Virus record (IMG/VR): IMGVR_UViG_3300044977_000094
Location: 96,001 to 160,000 of that record
Strand: one strand, 5' to 3'
DNA length: 64,000 nt
Source: a virus
The notes beneath the pieces are model-generated. The model was given only the letters and a program-made list of their open reading frames with translations, was not told the DNA's origin and ran no database searches. Below, piece after piece: positions 52,768 to 61,619 of the stretch. A program made the translations under genes and the position numbers. Position 1 is the first letter of the stretch. Each line of letters begins with the position of its first letter.

Positions 52768-53216
52768 ACCAGGTTGAACGGCAGCTCGTACGCCAGGACC
52801 GTGACGCTGGTGGTCTGGGAGAAGTCCAGGAACAGGTAGGTGTTCCCGGACGAGTCGGTCTGGATGAACCGGTCGCTGGTGAGCGGACCGACGTCCAGGG
52901 TGGCGGAGGTGGTGGACGCGGACACGAGGTCGCCCTGCGAGCCCCAGCTGAACACGGCGTTGCTGGGGTAGGGGCTGGTCTGTGCCGCACCAGACACGTT
53001 GACGCCGTTGCCGTTGGCACGGATGGTGACCACGGTCGCGGTCGAGCCGATGATGAAGCGCAGCAGGAGCTTGCGCAGGTCGATCGTGGAGGACGGCGAG
53101 GACGCGTTGACGCCCTGGATGTACATGGTCGAGGCGGCGGCGCTGGCCGCGGACTCGGTGACGCCGAAGCTGTCCCGGACGAGCTGGACGGGAGTGAGCT
53201 GGGTACGTGCGGTCAT
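52764..53216 (-). CDS. Capsid decoration-like protein
   Basis: Directly after the major capsid gene; beta-rich. Confidence 0.65.
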   Translation of the reverse strand: MTARTQLTPVQLVRDSFGVTESAASAAASTMYIQGVNASSPSSTIDLRKLLLRFIIGSTATVVTIRANGNGVNVSGAAQTSPYPSNAVFSWGSQGDLVSASTTSATLDVGPLTSDRFIQTDSSGNTYLFLDFSQTTSVTVLAYELPFNLV

Positions 53217-53236
53217 GACGGGTTACTCCCTTCTGC

Positions 53237-54121
53237 TCAGATGCCCGACGGGCGGGTGACGTAGGCGACGGCGATGGCGTCGGGGCGCACGAGCTTCGCG
53301 CCGAAGACGTGCAGGCCGCGGACGCCGTCGGCGAACGTGGTCTGCAGGCGCAGGGCCTCGGTCTGGACGATCTGCTCCGCGTAGGTCAGCGCCATCGGGT
53401 GGCCGGCCTGCACGATCCAGTTGCTGCCGCTGTAGTTGATCGCGTTGTTCGACACGTAGATGTCGAAGCCGGCGGCGCGGCCGATCATGCCGGTGGTGAA
53501 CACCTCGGACGGCTGGCCCTGCATGTCGGTGATCGCGATGAACGCCTGGGTCTGCTCCAGGAGCGCCTCGGCCCACGGCGGCACGACCACGTACCGGCCC
53601 TGCATGGGGATGTTGGCCTCGGTGAGCTGGACCTTCAGCGGCAGCAGGACCTTCTGGTAGAAGTCCGCCGGGGTGCTGGAGGCGTACAGCGCCGGGGTGA
53701 CCGGGGAGCCGGAGGACCCGACCATGTTCTGCGCGGAGACGCCGGTGTACAGCGAAGCGATGTACTGGTCGGCGTTGTCGGCGAGCTTGTAGCTGGCGCG
53801 CTCTTCCAGGTACGACTGCATGTCGCCGGCGGCCTGGCGCCGGTCGACGTCGTCGACGGAGAAGCTGAAGCTGAACGCCTGGTCGATGTTCATGTCCAGG
53901 CCGGCGTCGTTCAGGGCCTGGTAGGTCAGCGTGGAGTTCGGGGTGTAGGTCGTGATGACCGGGTCCCCGAACTGCGTGATGTGGACGACGTTTCCGGGGC
54001 CGCTGATCTCGCCCTCGTAGTCGTTGTTGACGATGCCGGGGCCGCCGAAGACAAGGTTCTTCTGGAGCGCGGCCAGGATGACCTTGCTCCAGATTTCGGG
54101 CTTGAAAGCCAGAACGGACAT
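53237..54121 (-). CDS. Major capsid protein (P22 coat-like family)
   Basis: FKPEIWS...NNDYEGEI...G.VVHI...IDQ...FSVDDVD...GLHVFGAKLVRP. Confidence 0.92.
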   Translation of the reverse strand: MSVLAFKPEIWSKVILAALQKNLVFGGPGIVNNDYEGEISGPGNVVHITQFGDPVITTYTPNSTLTYQALNDAGLDMNIDQAFSFSFSVDDVDRRQAAGDMQSYLEERASYKLADNADQYIASLYTGVSAQNMVGSSGSPVTPALYASSTPADFYQKVLLPLKVQLTEANIPMQGRYVVVPPWAEALLEQTQAFIAITDMQGQPSEVFTTGMIGRAAGFDIYVSNNAINYSGSNWIVQAGHPMALTYAEQIVQTEALRLQTTFADGVRGLHVFGAKLVRPDAIAVAYVTRPSGI

Positions 54122-54245
54122 TTACTCACCCCTTTGGTGGGTTGGGTTGGGTGGCTGGTGGTGTCCGGCCACCCCGCCCGGGGGTGCATGCCGTGGTACG
54201 GAACAGCCCGCGCACCTGGCGCGGGCAAGCTGAAGCGCGGTACTG

Positions 54246-55025
54246 CTACCGGCGCCCGGCGCGCTTGGCGCCGAAGCCGAGGTCGGCGCAGAGGCCGTCG
54301 TTGATGGCCTTCTGCAGCTGGGATGGAGTCGCCCGCTGGACGTCCTCGTCGGTCCACTGCCGCGGACCGGGCGGAACAGCGCCGAACTCGCTCCCCGACT
54401 TGGGGATGGTCGGTGCCGGCGGTGCCGGAGGCTGGGCGGCCGCGGTCTTGTATCGCGGGTCCCGGTCGGCCGCAGCGGCGATGGCGTCGGTCACGCGCTG
54501 CCCGAAGTCGGCTGATGTCGGGTCCAGTGCGGCCAGGGTGCTGGTGAACGCGTTGGAGTCCAGCAGCGCCGTGCCGTCGACCTGCTGGGCGGACGCTGCC
54601 TTGAAGACCGCCAGTTGGACGGCGGCCTGCCGGGCACGGTCGCGTTCCGCGTCGCGCTCCTTGGCGGCGGTGGCCAACTGCTCGGCCAGCTGCTCCGCAG
54701 TGGGCGGTTCGTCGGTGACCAGGCCCAGGGCCTTCGCGAACGCGTCGCGCTGCTTGGCCTGCTCGGCCTGGAAGGTGGCGAGCTGGTCGGCGTTCTCCTT
54801 GGCCTTCACCCGGTTCGCTGCGGCCTCGGCACGCAGCTCGGCGAGGGACTTCTGCGCCCAGGGGGGCAGTTCGTCAACGCTGGATGCGGGCTGCGGGACC
54901 GGCGCGGGCTGCGGTGCGGGCGCAGGCTCGGAAGGCGCCGGGGCCGGCGTGGGGGCGGGCGGGTTCGGCGGGGGTGCCGGAGTCGGCGTCGGGGTCGGGG
55001 TGGATTCGGGGGTGGGTTCGGACAT
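54246..55025 (-). CDS. Capsid scaffolding protein
   Basis: Pro-rich N-terminus, LPPWAQ..L.ELRAEAA coiled coil, LLDS..F; precedes the major capsid gene. Confidence 0.85.
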   Translation of the reverse strand: MSEPTPESTPTPTPTPAPPPNPPAPTPAPAPSEPAPAPQPAPVPQPASSVDELPPWAQKSLAELRAEAAANRVKAKENADQLATFQAEQAKQRDAFAKALGLVTDEPPTAEQLAEQLATAAKERDAERDRARQAAVQLAVFKAASAQQVDGTALLDSNAFTSTLAALDPTSADFGQRVTDAIAAAADRDPRYKTAAAQPPAPPAPTIPKSGSEFGAVPPGPRQWTDEDVQRATPSQLQKAINDGLCADLGFGAKRAGRR

Positions 55026-55107
55026 GAGTGGCCCTCCTGGGGCGGTATGCAGTACCCGACTCCTGGCCGGGCAGCGAACCCGCCGCGGAGGCGGGTGGAC
55101 TGGGGCG

Positions 55108-56229
55108 TCAGCGAGCAGCGAAGGGGTGCTCGCGGCGCTGGACGGCGACCTTTGTCATCGCGAGGTGATGCAGGCGCCGGTGCGTCTGGGATGCGGCCTT
55201 GGCGGCGGCGAGTTCACGCCGGGCAGCGGCCCGGGATGCGGGGGTGATCGCGGCGTGCGCCTGGCGTCCGGCCGCCCGGACCCGGCGCTCCAGGGCCCGC
55301 TGCTTCTGGGATGCCTTGTAGATGGCCGCGGCGCGGTCCAGTGCCACCGGATTGGTGGCCTCGGCGGCGACGCCGGCGCCGAGGGCGGTCCACGAGCAGC
55401 GGCACGAGGGGTGCCGGAATCCGGCCGCCCTGGCCTCGGCGAGCGTGGCATAGCCGCGTGTGGCGCCGGTGAGGGACAGGGTGCGGCCCAGCCACGGCAG
55501 GCACTGCGGACAGGACCCCTCGGCGGAGTGCGTGTAGACCTCGACCAGGTCCAGGCCCGACCGCATGAGCGCGCCGGCCTGAACGTCGTCCCAGGCGCGG
55601 GACACCGCGGTGCGCGTGGCCATCTCCACGTAGGAGGTGAGGTCCCAGCGTCGGCCGGCCCGGTCCGTGAATCCGGTGATGCCCCGCGTGCCGAATTCGT
55701 CCAGCGCCGATTGGGCCGCCTGGATCCGCGACAGCGACAGTGACGTCCCGGGCAGGCCGTTGCGGTGCTCGGCAACGGCCCGGCTGCTGACCTGGGCGAA
55801 GATGTTCCCGGGCGCCGGCGGCGCGGAGGACGTGGTGTGCTCGGCCGCGCTGACGGCCGTCTTCAGGCCCTGGGCTAGGGATGTCGTAGCCTCGTCGTTG
55901 GCGTGGTCGAGGATCCGCGCGAGCGGCATCCAGTCGCCTACTGGCGCTGGTACCGACATGGTCGGCCGGGCACCGGTGAAGCCGGCGGACAGGACGGCTC
56001 GGATCTTAGGTGCGGCCGCGCTGAACAGGGCGTCGGCGCCCTGGAGCAGCTTGCGCTGGGCCACGGCGGGCAGCAGGACGCCTGAGGCGACCTGGCGGGA
56101 CAGCGTCGCCGTCATGCCGATCAGGGCCAGTTCGAGCGGCTCGTAGATCGCGGCGACGGCGTCCGCCACGGCCTGGGCGTGATCCTCGCGCTGATCACCC
56201 GGGGTGCGCGGCAGGGGGCTGGTCACCAT
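55108..56229 (-). CDS. Phage minor capsid protein
   Basis: FTDRAGRRW.L.SYVEMATRT; C..C.PW; HPSCRC; QRALERRVR. Confidence 0.88.
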   Translation of the reverse strand: MVTSPLPRTPGDQREDHAQAVADAVAAIYEPLELALIGMTATLSRQVASGVLLPAVAQRKLLQGADALFSAAAPKIRAVLSAGFTGARPTMSVPAPVGDWMPLARILDHANDEATTSLAQGLKTAVSAAEHTTSSAPPAPGNIFAQVSSRAVAEHRNGLPGTSLSLSRIQAAQSALDEFGTRGITGFTDRAGRRWDLTSYVEMATRTAVSRAWDDVQAGALMRSGLDLVEVYTHSAEGSCPQCLPWLGRTLSLTGATRGYATLAEARAAGFRHPSCRCSWTALGAGVAAEATNPVALDRAAAIYKASQKQRALERRVRAAGRQAHAAITPASRAAARRELAAAKAASQTHRRLHHLAMTKVAVQRREHPFAAR

Positions 56230-56235
56230 CGCCCC

Positions 56236-56589
56236 CTAGGGTCGGAACGTGCCCCCGAGCGCCGGCGTGTTGCCCTGATCGTTGAGGATCTTCGAGGACA
56301 GTTCCCGAAGGCCCTTCATGGCGCCCGTGACGGCCTGTTCGACCTGCTCGCCGGTCGGATCCGGCGCCTGGATCTGGGTGACGTTGACCAGCGGGCCCTG
56401 ACCCAGCAGCGGGGACCGGGTCGAGACGACCAGGGTGTGCAGAACCGCGAATCCGCCGGTCGGAGTCGGGGCGACGACGGCCGTGGCGATCACACCGAAG
56501 TCCTCGCCGAAGCACTGCCGCTCGACGGCGGCCAGCGCAGCCGACCTGACCTTCGCCGCGATGTCGATGGCGCCCATCAGATTCCCCAC
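56236..56589 (-). CDS. Hypothetical protein
   Basis: 117 aa; AGGAAGG RBS. Confidence 0.65.
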   Translation of the reverse strand: MGNLMGAIDIAAKVRSAALAAVERQCFGEDFGVIATAVVAPTPTGGFAVLHTLVVSTRSPLLGQGPLVNVTQIQAPDPTGEQVEQAVTGAMKGLRELSSKILNDQGNTPALGGTFRP

Positions 56590-56635
56590 GCCTTCCTGAA
56601 TTGCTCGGTGATCCAGTTACTGCCTGGCTTCCGCA

Positions 56636-56827
56636 TCAGGTGCGGTTCCGCTTCCCGAGCCGCCGGTTGCCCGCGTCGGCCCGGTCGAACACCGACTGCC
56701 CGGTGGTGTGCGACGACTGGTCGCGGACCGCGCTCGGCGGCCGCTGCGAGCCGGCCGTCGTCGGCAGCTTCTTGCCGTCAGCGGGTGCCGGTGCCTGCTT
56801 CGCGGCGGTCTTCTTGGATGTGGCCAT
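56636..56827 (-). CDS. 63-aa basic low-complexity protein
   Basis: MATSKKTAAKQ...; GGAGG RBS; TGATG overlap. Confidence 0.65.
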   Translation of the reverse strand: MATSKKTAAKQAPAPADGKKLPTTAGSQRPPSAVRDQSSHTTGQSVFDRADAGNRRLGKRNRT

Positions 56828-57120
56828 CAGTAGTTCGCACCTCCGCCCACCCACTTGGTTGCCAGCGAGTACGGGCCCGGCGCGGCCACGCCGACACCAT
56901 CGCACTCGTCGTCGTTGACCTGCCGGTCCGCCGGAGGGTTCGGATTGCCGCCGACGGTGAGCGGATAGCCTCCGGGCGGCGCGGTGACGGCGGCATCAGG
57001 GGCCTGCTGGTGCCGGCGCAGATCCGCCGAGATGTCCCTGGGGCCCGGGCCCGGCGCGAGGGACGCCACGGCCTTGCCGTTCGGCTCCGGGAGCGCTTCG
57101 TCGGGGCCGCGCGTCAGCAC
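56827..57120 (-). CDS. 97-aa Pro/Gly-rich protein
   Basis: GTG start just after the upstream stop; fills the gap. Confidence 0.55.
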   Translation of the reverse strand: MLTRGPDEALPEPNGKAVASLAPGPGPRDISADLRRHQQAPDAAVTAPPGGYPLTVGGNPNPPADRQVNDDECDGVGVAAPGPYSLATKWVGGGANY

Positions 57121-57124
57121 GGGG

Positions 57125-57316
57125 TCACATCCCGTCGTTGTCGGCGTCGCCGGCGCTGCCGCGCTTGTTGGCCTGCGCGGTCTCTCCGGCGCTGGCACCG
57201 GTGCCGGGCATCGGACCCGATCCCCGGACGTGCTTGCCGACCCGGTCGGCTGCACCCTGGGGGCCCTGGCCGGGGATGGTGTTCTTGACGGGCTTGCCGC
57301 TGTCGCCGATCGCCAT
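57125..57316 (-). CDS. 63-aa Gly-rich low-complexity protein
   Basis: MAIGDSGKPVKN...; GAAGG RBS. Confidence 0.65.
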   Translation of the reverse strand: MAIGDSGKPVKNTIPGQGPQGAADRVGKHVRGSGPMPGTGASAGETAQANKRGSAGDADNDGM

Positions 57317-57337
57317 GATGATCGCCTTCTCTCTGGG

Positions 57338-57562
57338 TTACTTGCCCTTGCCGCCGGAGCGGCCCTTGCTGAGGACGTTCTTCGCGAAGTTGGCCTGCTT
57401 CTGGGCCTTCGGGCCCTTCTTGCCGGCGAGTGCCGCCTGCATGTCCTTCGCGGGGATCGGCTTGTCCTTAGGGACACCGAGGGATTCGTGCAGGCCGCCG
57501 GGCTTGAAGCTGATGGGCTTCTTCCCGGCAGCCTTGATGGTCCGCTTCTTGGCTTCGGCCAT
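57338..57562 (-). CDS. 74-aa Lys-rich protein
   Basis: KPGGLHESLGVPKDKPIP motif; starts 2 nt after the portal stop. Confidence 0.75.
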   Translation of the reverse strand: MAEAKKRTIKAAGKKPISFKPGGLHESLGVPKDKPIPAKDMQAALAGKKGPKAQKQANFAKNVLSKGRSGGKGK

Positions 57563-57563
57563 G

Positions 57564-59288
57564 TCACTGCCCTTCCACGTCGCCGTCTTCGGGGAGTTGC
57601 GCCGCCGCGGGCGCCTTCGAGGCGTCGGCGAGCTCCTGGATCTCCTGGGAGATCGTCTCGTCGCTGTTCATGGGCGGCGCGATGGTGATCCTGGCGCGGC
57701 CTGCGAGGGCGAGACCCGTCTCCGCGTAGATCATCTTGACTTCGCGGTGGACCTCTTCGTCGCCCCAGTCCGGATGCACCATCCGCACCAGCGTCTCCTT
57801 CGACGCCGCGTCGGCTTGCGCCAACGCCCCAGCGGCCTGTGCGACTTCCAGCGGGTCCGGCGTCACCGAATCCGGGAACTCGGCCTCGGGCCGCTCCGGG
57901 CTCACGCTCGCGTCGTTGAACACCGCGCGTTTGACGGCGAGCCAGCCGTACAGGATGTCCCGCACGGCCGGGCGCCAGTACAGGAGCTTCTTGTTGCGGG
58001 TGATCTCGGTCTTGCGTTCCCGGGCCCGGATCTCGGTGGCCGTCATGGCACTGCCCTGGCTGTCGTACTCGCCGAACGTCTGGCCGGAGTACCCGGCGCC
58101 CTGGACGATGCGGTTGATGTACTCGGCGCAGGTCTGCTGGTGCTCGCTGACCCGGATCTGGAACTGGTTGGCCATGATGTCGTTGGTGCCGCCGTTGCTC
58201 GTCATCATCGAGACGGGGCTGTACACCTGCCGGTCCGGGTCGAACACGGCACCCTTGCCGCGGCCGATGTTGTCCAGGTACTGCTGCGGCACGATCAGCC
58301 GGGCCTTGGCCAGGCGCAGATCCCGCTGCCAGGACGAGTACGCCTCGTCGAGGGCGTCCATGAGGATCTCGACGCCGGAGAAGTCGGACCGGCCCAGCGG
58401 TGCGACGGCGGGCCCCAGGTCGCGCCAGATCTTGTTGGGCCTCATATTCGGCACATACACCACGGTCGAGGCGTCCTGCGGCATGTCGGGGAACGTGATC
58501 GCGTTGCCCTCCGACAGGTACTGCGCGAACTGGGCCGTCTCGGGGAAGTCCGTCAGCGGGTACACGCGACCGAGGTCGGTCTGGTCGCCGACGTACACGT
58601 TGTGGAAGATCGCATTCTGGCCCGGTGCGTGGGTCTCCAAGTGACGAACCACCGCGGAGCCGTCGTCGGACAGGATCCGCCAGAACGTCACGCCCAGCAG
58701 CTTGCCGTGGGAGAACATCGGCACCGCGGCATCCGCCGGAACGACGTCGATCATCGGCTCGTCGGACACGTCCGTGTCCCACGTGACCCGCAGGAACACC
58801 CCGCCGAGCCCCGAGCAGTTCTCGGCGGCGTCCAGGAGCGTGGCGTGCATGCCGTCGTCCATCAGGCCGTCCAGGGCGTCCTGGTTCGCCGGATTCGACG
58901 CCGTGACCACCGGCGGCTTGGAAAACAGCAGGTCCGCCGACGTGGACGCGATGTCACTCGCGATCGGCACGTGCAGCTTGCTGCGCTTCTCGCCGGGCGA
59001 AGTCGGGGAGCCCCAGAAGGTGTAGGACACGGAGCCCAGCAGGCCACCGCGGAACTGGCCCGGGCGCGGCATCGGCAGCCCGGCCTCGCCCGTCGTCGAG
59101 AAGTAGCTGCGGCCCACCGGGGAGTTGTCGCCCAGGTTGTAGTACGTCCACTGCAGCTTGTCCGGGTCGCCGGACCACCACGCGTCCCAGGCCCGCATCT
59201 GCATCGTGATCGGGTTGAACTCCGGCGGCGGCCAGGGGCGTGAGTCGGTGGGCAGGAGCATCCGCATTCGGTCGTCGATCGCTGCCAT
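57564..59288 (-). CDS. Portal protein
   Basis: LHVPIASDI..SADLLF; YVPN.RP; LGRSDF; DALDEAYSSW.RD. Confidence 0.92.
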   Translation of the reverse strand: MAAIDDRMRMLLPTDSRPWPPPEFNPITMQMRAWDAWWSGDPDKLQWTYYNLGDNSPVGRSYFSTTGEAGLPMPRPGQFRGGLLGSVSYTFWGSPTSPGEKRSKLHVPIASDIASTSADLLFSKPPVVTASNPANQDALDGLMDDGMHATLLDAAENCSGLGGVFLRVTWDTDVSDEPMIDVVPADAAVPMFSHGKLLGVTFWRILSDDGSAVVRHLETHAPGQNAIFHNVYVGDQTDLGRVYPLTDFPETAQFAQYLSEGNAITFPDMPQDASTVVYVPNMRPNKIWRDLGPAVAPLGRSDFSGVEILMDALDEAYSSWQRDLRLAKARLIVPQQYLDNIGRGKGAVFDPDRQVYSPVSMMTSNGGTNDIMANQFQIRVSEHQQTCAEYINRIVQGAGYSGQTFGEYDSQGSAMTATEIRARERKTEITRNKKLLYWRPAVRDILYGWLAVKRAVFNDASVSPERPEAEFPDSVTPDPLEVAQAAGALAQADAASKETLVRMVHPDWGDEEVHREVKMIYAETGLALAGRARITIAPPMNSDETISQEIQELADASKAPAAAQLPEDGDVEGQ

Positions 59289-59324
59289 GCGCCTGCGCCA
59301 CCTCCTGTTCGGTCTCGCTGCGGG

Positions 59325-59747
59325 TCAGGTCAGGCGGATGCGGTGCTCAATGGCCCAGGCCCGGCGGTGTCGGCGGCTGCAGAACACGTAGCGCCAGGTG
59401 CCCTCGTCGCCGGCCATCACGTGGACGTGCCCGTACCGGCCCGGCCATGGGCAGGCGCCGTGTGCGCACCCCAGCGGCTTCACGCCGCGGCGCCGGCACC
59501 ACCACGCGTGGACGCCGTGGGCGATGCGCACCACAGGGTTCACCCGCGGGAGGGGCGTGCTGGTCGCGGTCACGGCCGGACGGTCGTGACCGGTACCGCA
59601 GCCCGGACAGATCTCCAGCACGCCGGCGACCGCCGCCGTGAGGCTGCCGATGTGCAGCGGGATCCGGATCCGGGACGGCAGCCGGCACACCGGGCACCAT
59701 CCGTGGAGCTCCGGTTCGCCTGCGACAACGCTGCGGGGTGTGCGCAT
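59325..59747 (-). CDS. Cys-rich hypothetical protein between terminase and portal
   Basis: CPVC, CPGC, C...C...FCS..H motifs. Confidence 0.55.
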   Translation of the reverse strand: MRTPRSVVAGEPELHGWCPVCRLPSRIRIPLHIGSLTAAVAGVLEICPGCGTGHDRPAVTATSTPLPRVNPVVRIAHGVHAWWCRRRGVKPLGCAHGACPWPGRYGHVHVMAGDEGTWRYVFCSRRHRRAWAIEHRIRLT

Positions 59748-59757
59748 CTGCCGCCCT

Positions 59758-61044
59758 TCAGGCCGCAGCGGACAGGGGGATCCTGTTGAACCACAGGCCC
59801 TGCGAGGACTTGATGGCGTACCGGCCGCCGTCCAGCGAGTGATCGTCGGCCTTGACGGGCTTGTCGACGCCCATGAGCGCGGCGCGGTCGTCCCAGGAGT
59901 AGCCGCCGATCTCGTCGATCCACCCCTGGCAGGAGCGGGACGCTTTCAGGCGCCGCCGGGCCAGGAGCGAGGAGACCAGGCGGATCCCGTCGAGGACACC
60001 GTTGTCGGCGTCGGTCACGGGCCAGCCGTCCTGGTGGCACTGGACCTTCAGGGACGCCGCGGACGGGTCGATGAACAGGTACTGCGGAGTGGGTCCGCGC
60101 AGGTGCGTCCCCGGAAACCGCACCCCGTTGATCCACTCGCGGAGCTTGCCGGACAGCTCCACGTCCGTCAGCTGCCGGTGCCGCTGCCGCGAGTCCCACC
60201 GGAACTCGTCCACCAGGAACAGGCACGGCTCCTGGCCGCTGTCGCCACCACCGCGGTTGCTCATGCCCAGCAGCAGCGCCGCGGTCGGAGCGGTCGTACC
60301 GTAGTCCAAGCCGATGCCCAGCCACGTGTGGATCGAGGGAATGATGTCGACGACGTGGACAGCCGGATCCCACATGTCGTAGATCGCGCCCTCGGCGGCG
60401 CACCATTCGCCCAGGACACGGCGCCGGTACCACAGGCCCACGTTCTCGGCTTTGACGCCGGCCTTGTAGTCGTCGTCAAGGGACGGGTTGTCGTCGAGGA
60501 GGAAGTGCCAGCTGCGCAGGTCGAGCTCGTGGCTACGGAGCAGGTAGTTGCGCCGCAGCCAGTGTGCGGGGTTGTCCGGGTTGGTGGTCGCGAAGAGCTT
60601 GGCGCCGGGCACGGACATGCGGCCGAGGAGCTGCGAGAAGAACTCTTCGCTGACGAGGGTCGCCTCGTCGACGTAGGCGCCGGCGGCGGTGAGGCCGCGG
60701 AGCCTGGTTTCCGCGCGGGTGTCGTTCGCGCCGATGACCCACACGCGGCGACCCAGGATGGTGCCCGAGGGCGCGCCGGGGGTGTAGCGGGTCTGGTTGG
60801 CCAGCTCCCCGAACACCGCGTAGTCCTGGAGCGGGGAGAACACGTTCCGCATGGCGGTCTGGCTCGTCTTGGCGACGACGACGAGTTCCCCGCGGGGCGC
60901 GGCGGCCACGTACATGAGCCAGCGCAGCAGCGAGGAGATCGTCTTGCCGGAGCGGATGGCACCGGTCCAGATGTTGATGCGCGCATCGGCCTCGGCAACG
61001 GAGCGGATCTGCTTCGGAGACAGAGGCAAGGCATTGAGCTGCAC
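59758..61044 (-). CDS. terL: Terminase large subunit (PBSX-like)
   Basis: Walker A GAIRSGKT; Walker B YVDE; TTNP; nuclease GLDYG and DDHSLDG.RY. Confidence 0.95.
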   Translation of the reverse strand: MQLNALPLSPKQIRSVAEADARINIWTGAIRSGKTISSLLRWLMYVAAAPRGELVVVAKTSQTAMRNVFSPLQDYAVFGELANQTRYTPGAPSGTILGRRVWVIGANDTRAETRLRGLTAAGAYVDEATLVSEEFFSQLLGRMSVPGAKLFATTNPDNPAHWLRRNYLLRSHELDLRSWHFLLDDNPSLDDDYKAGVKAENVGLWYRRRVLGEWCAAEGAIYDMWDPAVHVVDIIPSIHTWLGIGLDYGTTAPTAALLLGMSNRGGGDSGQEPCLFLVDEFRWDSRQRHRQLTDVELSGKLREWINGVRFPGTHLRGPTPQYLFIDPSAASLKVQCHQDGWPVTDADNGVLDGIRLVSSLLARRRLKASRSCQGWIDEIGGYSWDDRAALMGVDKPVKADDHSLDGGRYAIKSSQGLWFNRIPLSAAA

Positions 61045-61059
61045 GGCCCCTCCCGGGGG

Positions 61060-61593
61060 CTATTCGGTGCTCGCCGCAGGATCGGGCAGACTGTCGGCCG
61101 CGGCCTTGAGGGCTTCGCTGAGGCTGCCGAGCATGCTCTTGGCCGCGTCCGCGTTGTCGCTGGTGTCGTACTGCTCCAGGCGCATGCTCTTGTCCAGGGC
61201 GATCCCAACCGCGGTGTAGGCGGCCTTGGCGTCCTGTAGCGGCGGCAGGTCGAGGGTGACCTGGGCCGCTCCCTGGGGGGTGCTGACGACAATGACGTAG
61301 GGGTCCCAGGCGCGCTGCCGTAGGCGTTCGGCGTCCGTGAGGAGGTCTTCCTTCAGCTTCTCCCGTGCGGCACGGCAGTCCATGGAGCGGGCACGGGTGG
61401 CGTTCTCGGTCTGACTGCGGTCGAAGCAGCCTTCGAGTCCTTCGGCTTTCGCAATGTTGTGGACGCTCGTCGGGTTGACGTCGTGGTCGCGGGCGATCTG
61501 GCGCAGCGACACGCCGCTTTCGGGCGCCGCCTTGATGGCCTCGACGATCGACTTGCGGACTCGCGCGGGCAGCGCCTTGCCGATGGATGCCAC
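61060..61593 (-). CDS. HTH protein, probable terminase small subunit
   Basis: SLRQIARDHDVNPTSVHNIA; directly upstream of terL. Confidence 0.75.
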   Translation of the reverse strand: MASIGKALPARVRKSIVEAIKAAPESGVSLRQIARDHDVNPTSVHNIAKAEGLEGCFDRSQTENATRARSMDCRAAREKLKEDLLTDAERLRQRAWDPYVIVVSTPQGAAQVTLDLPPLQDAKAAYTAVGIALDKSMRLEQYDTSDNADAAKSMLGSLSEALKAAADSLPDPAASTE

Positions 61594-61619
61594 GGCTCAC
61601 CCCCGGTGGTCGTTGCGGT

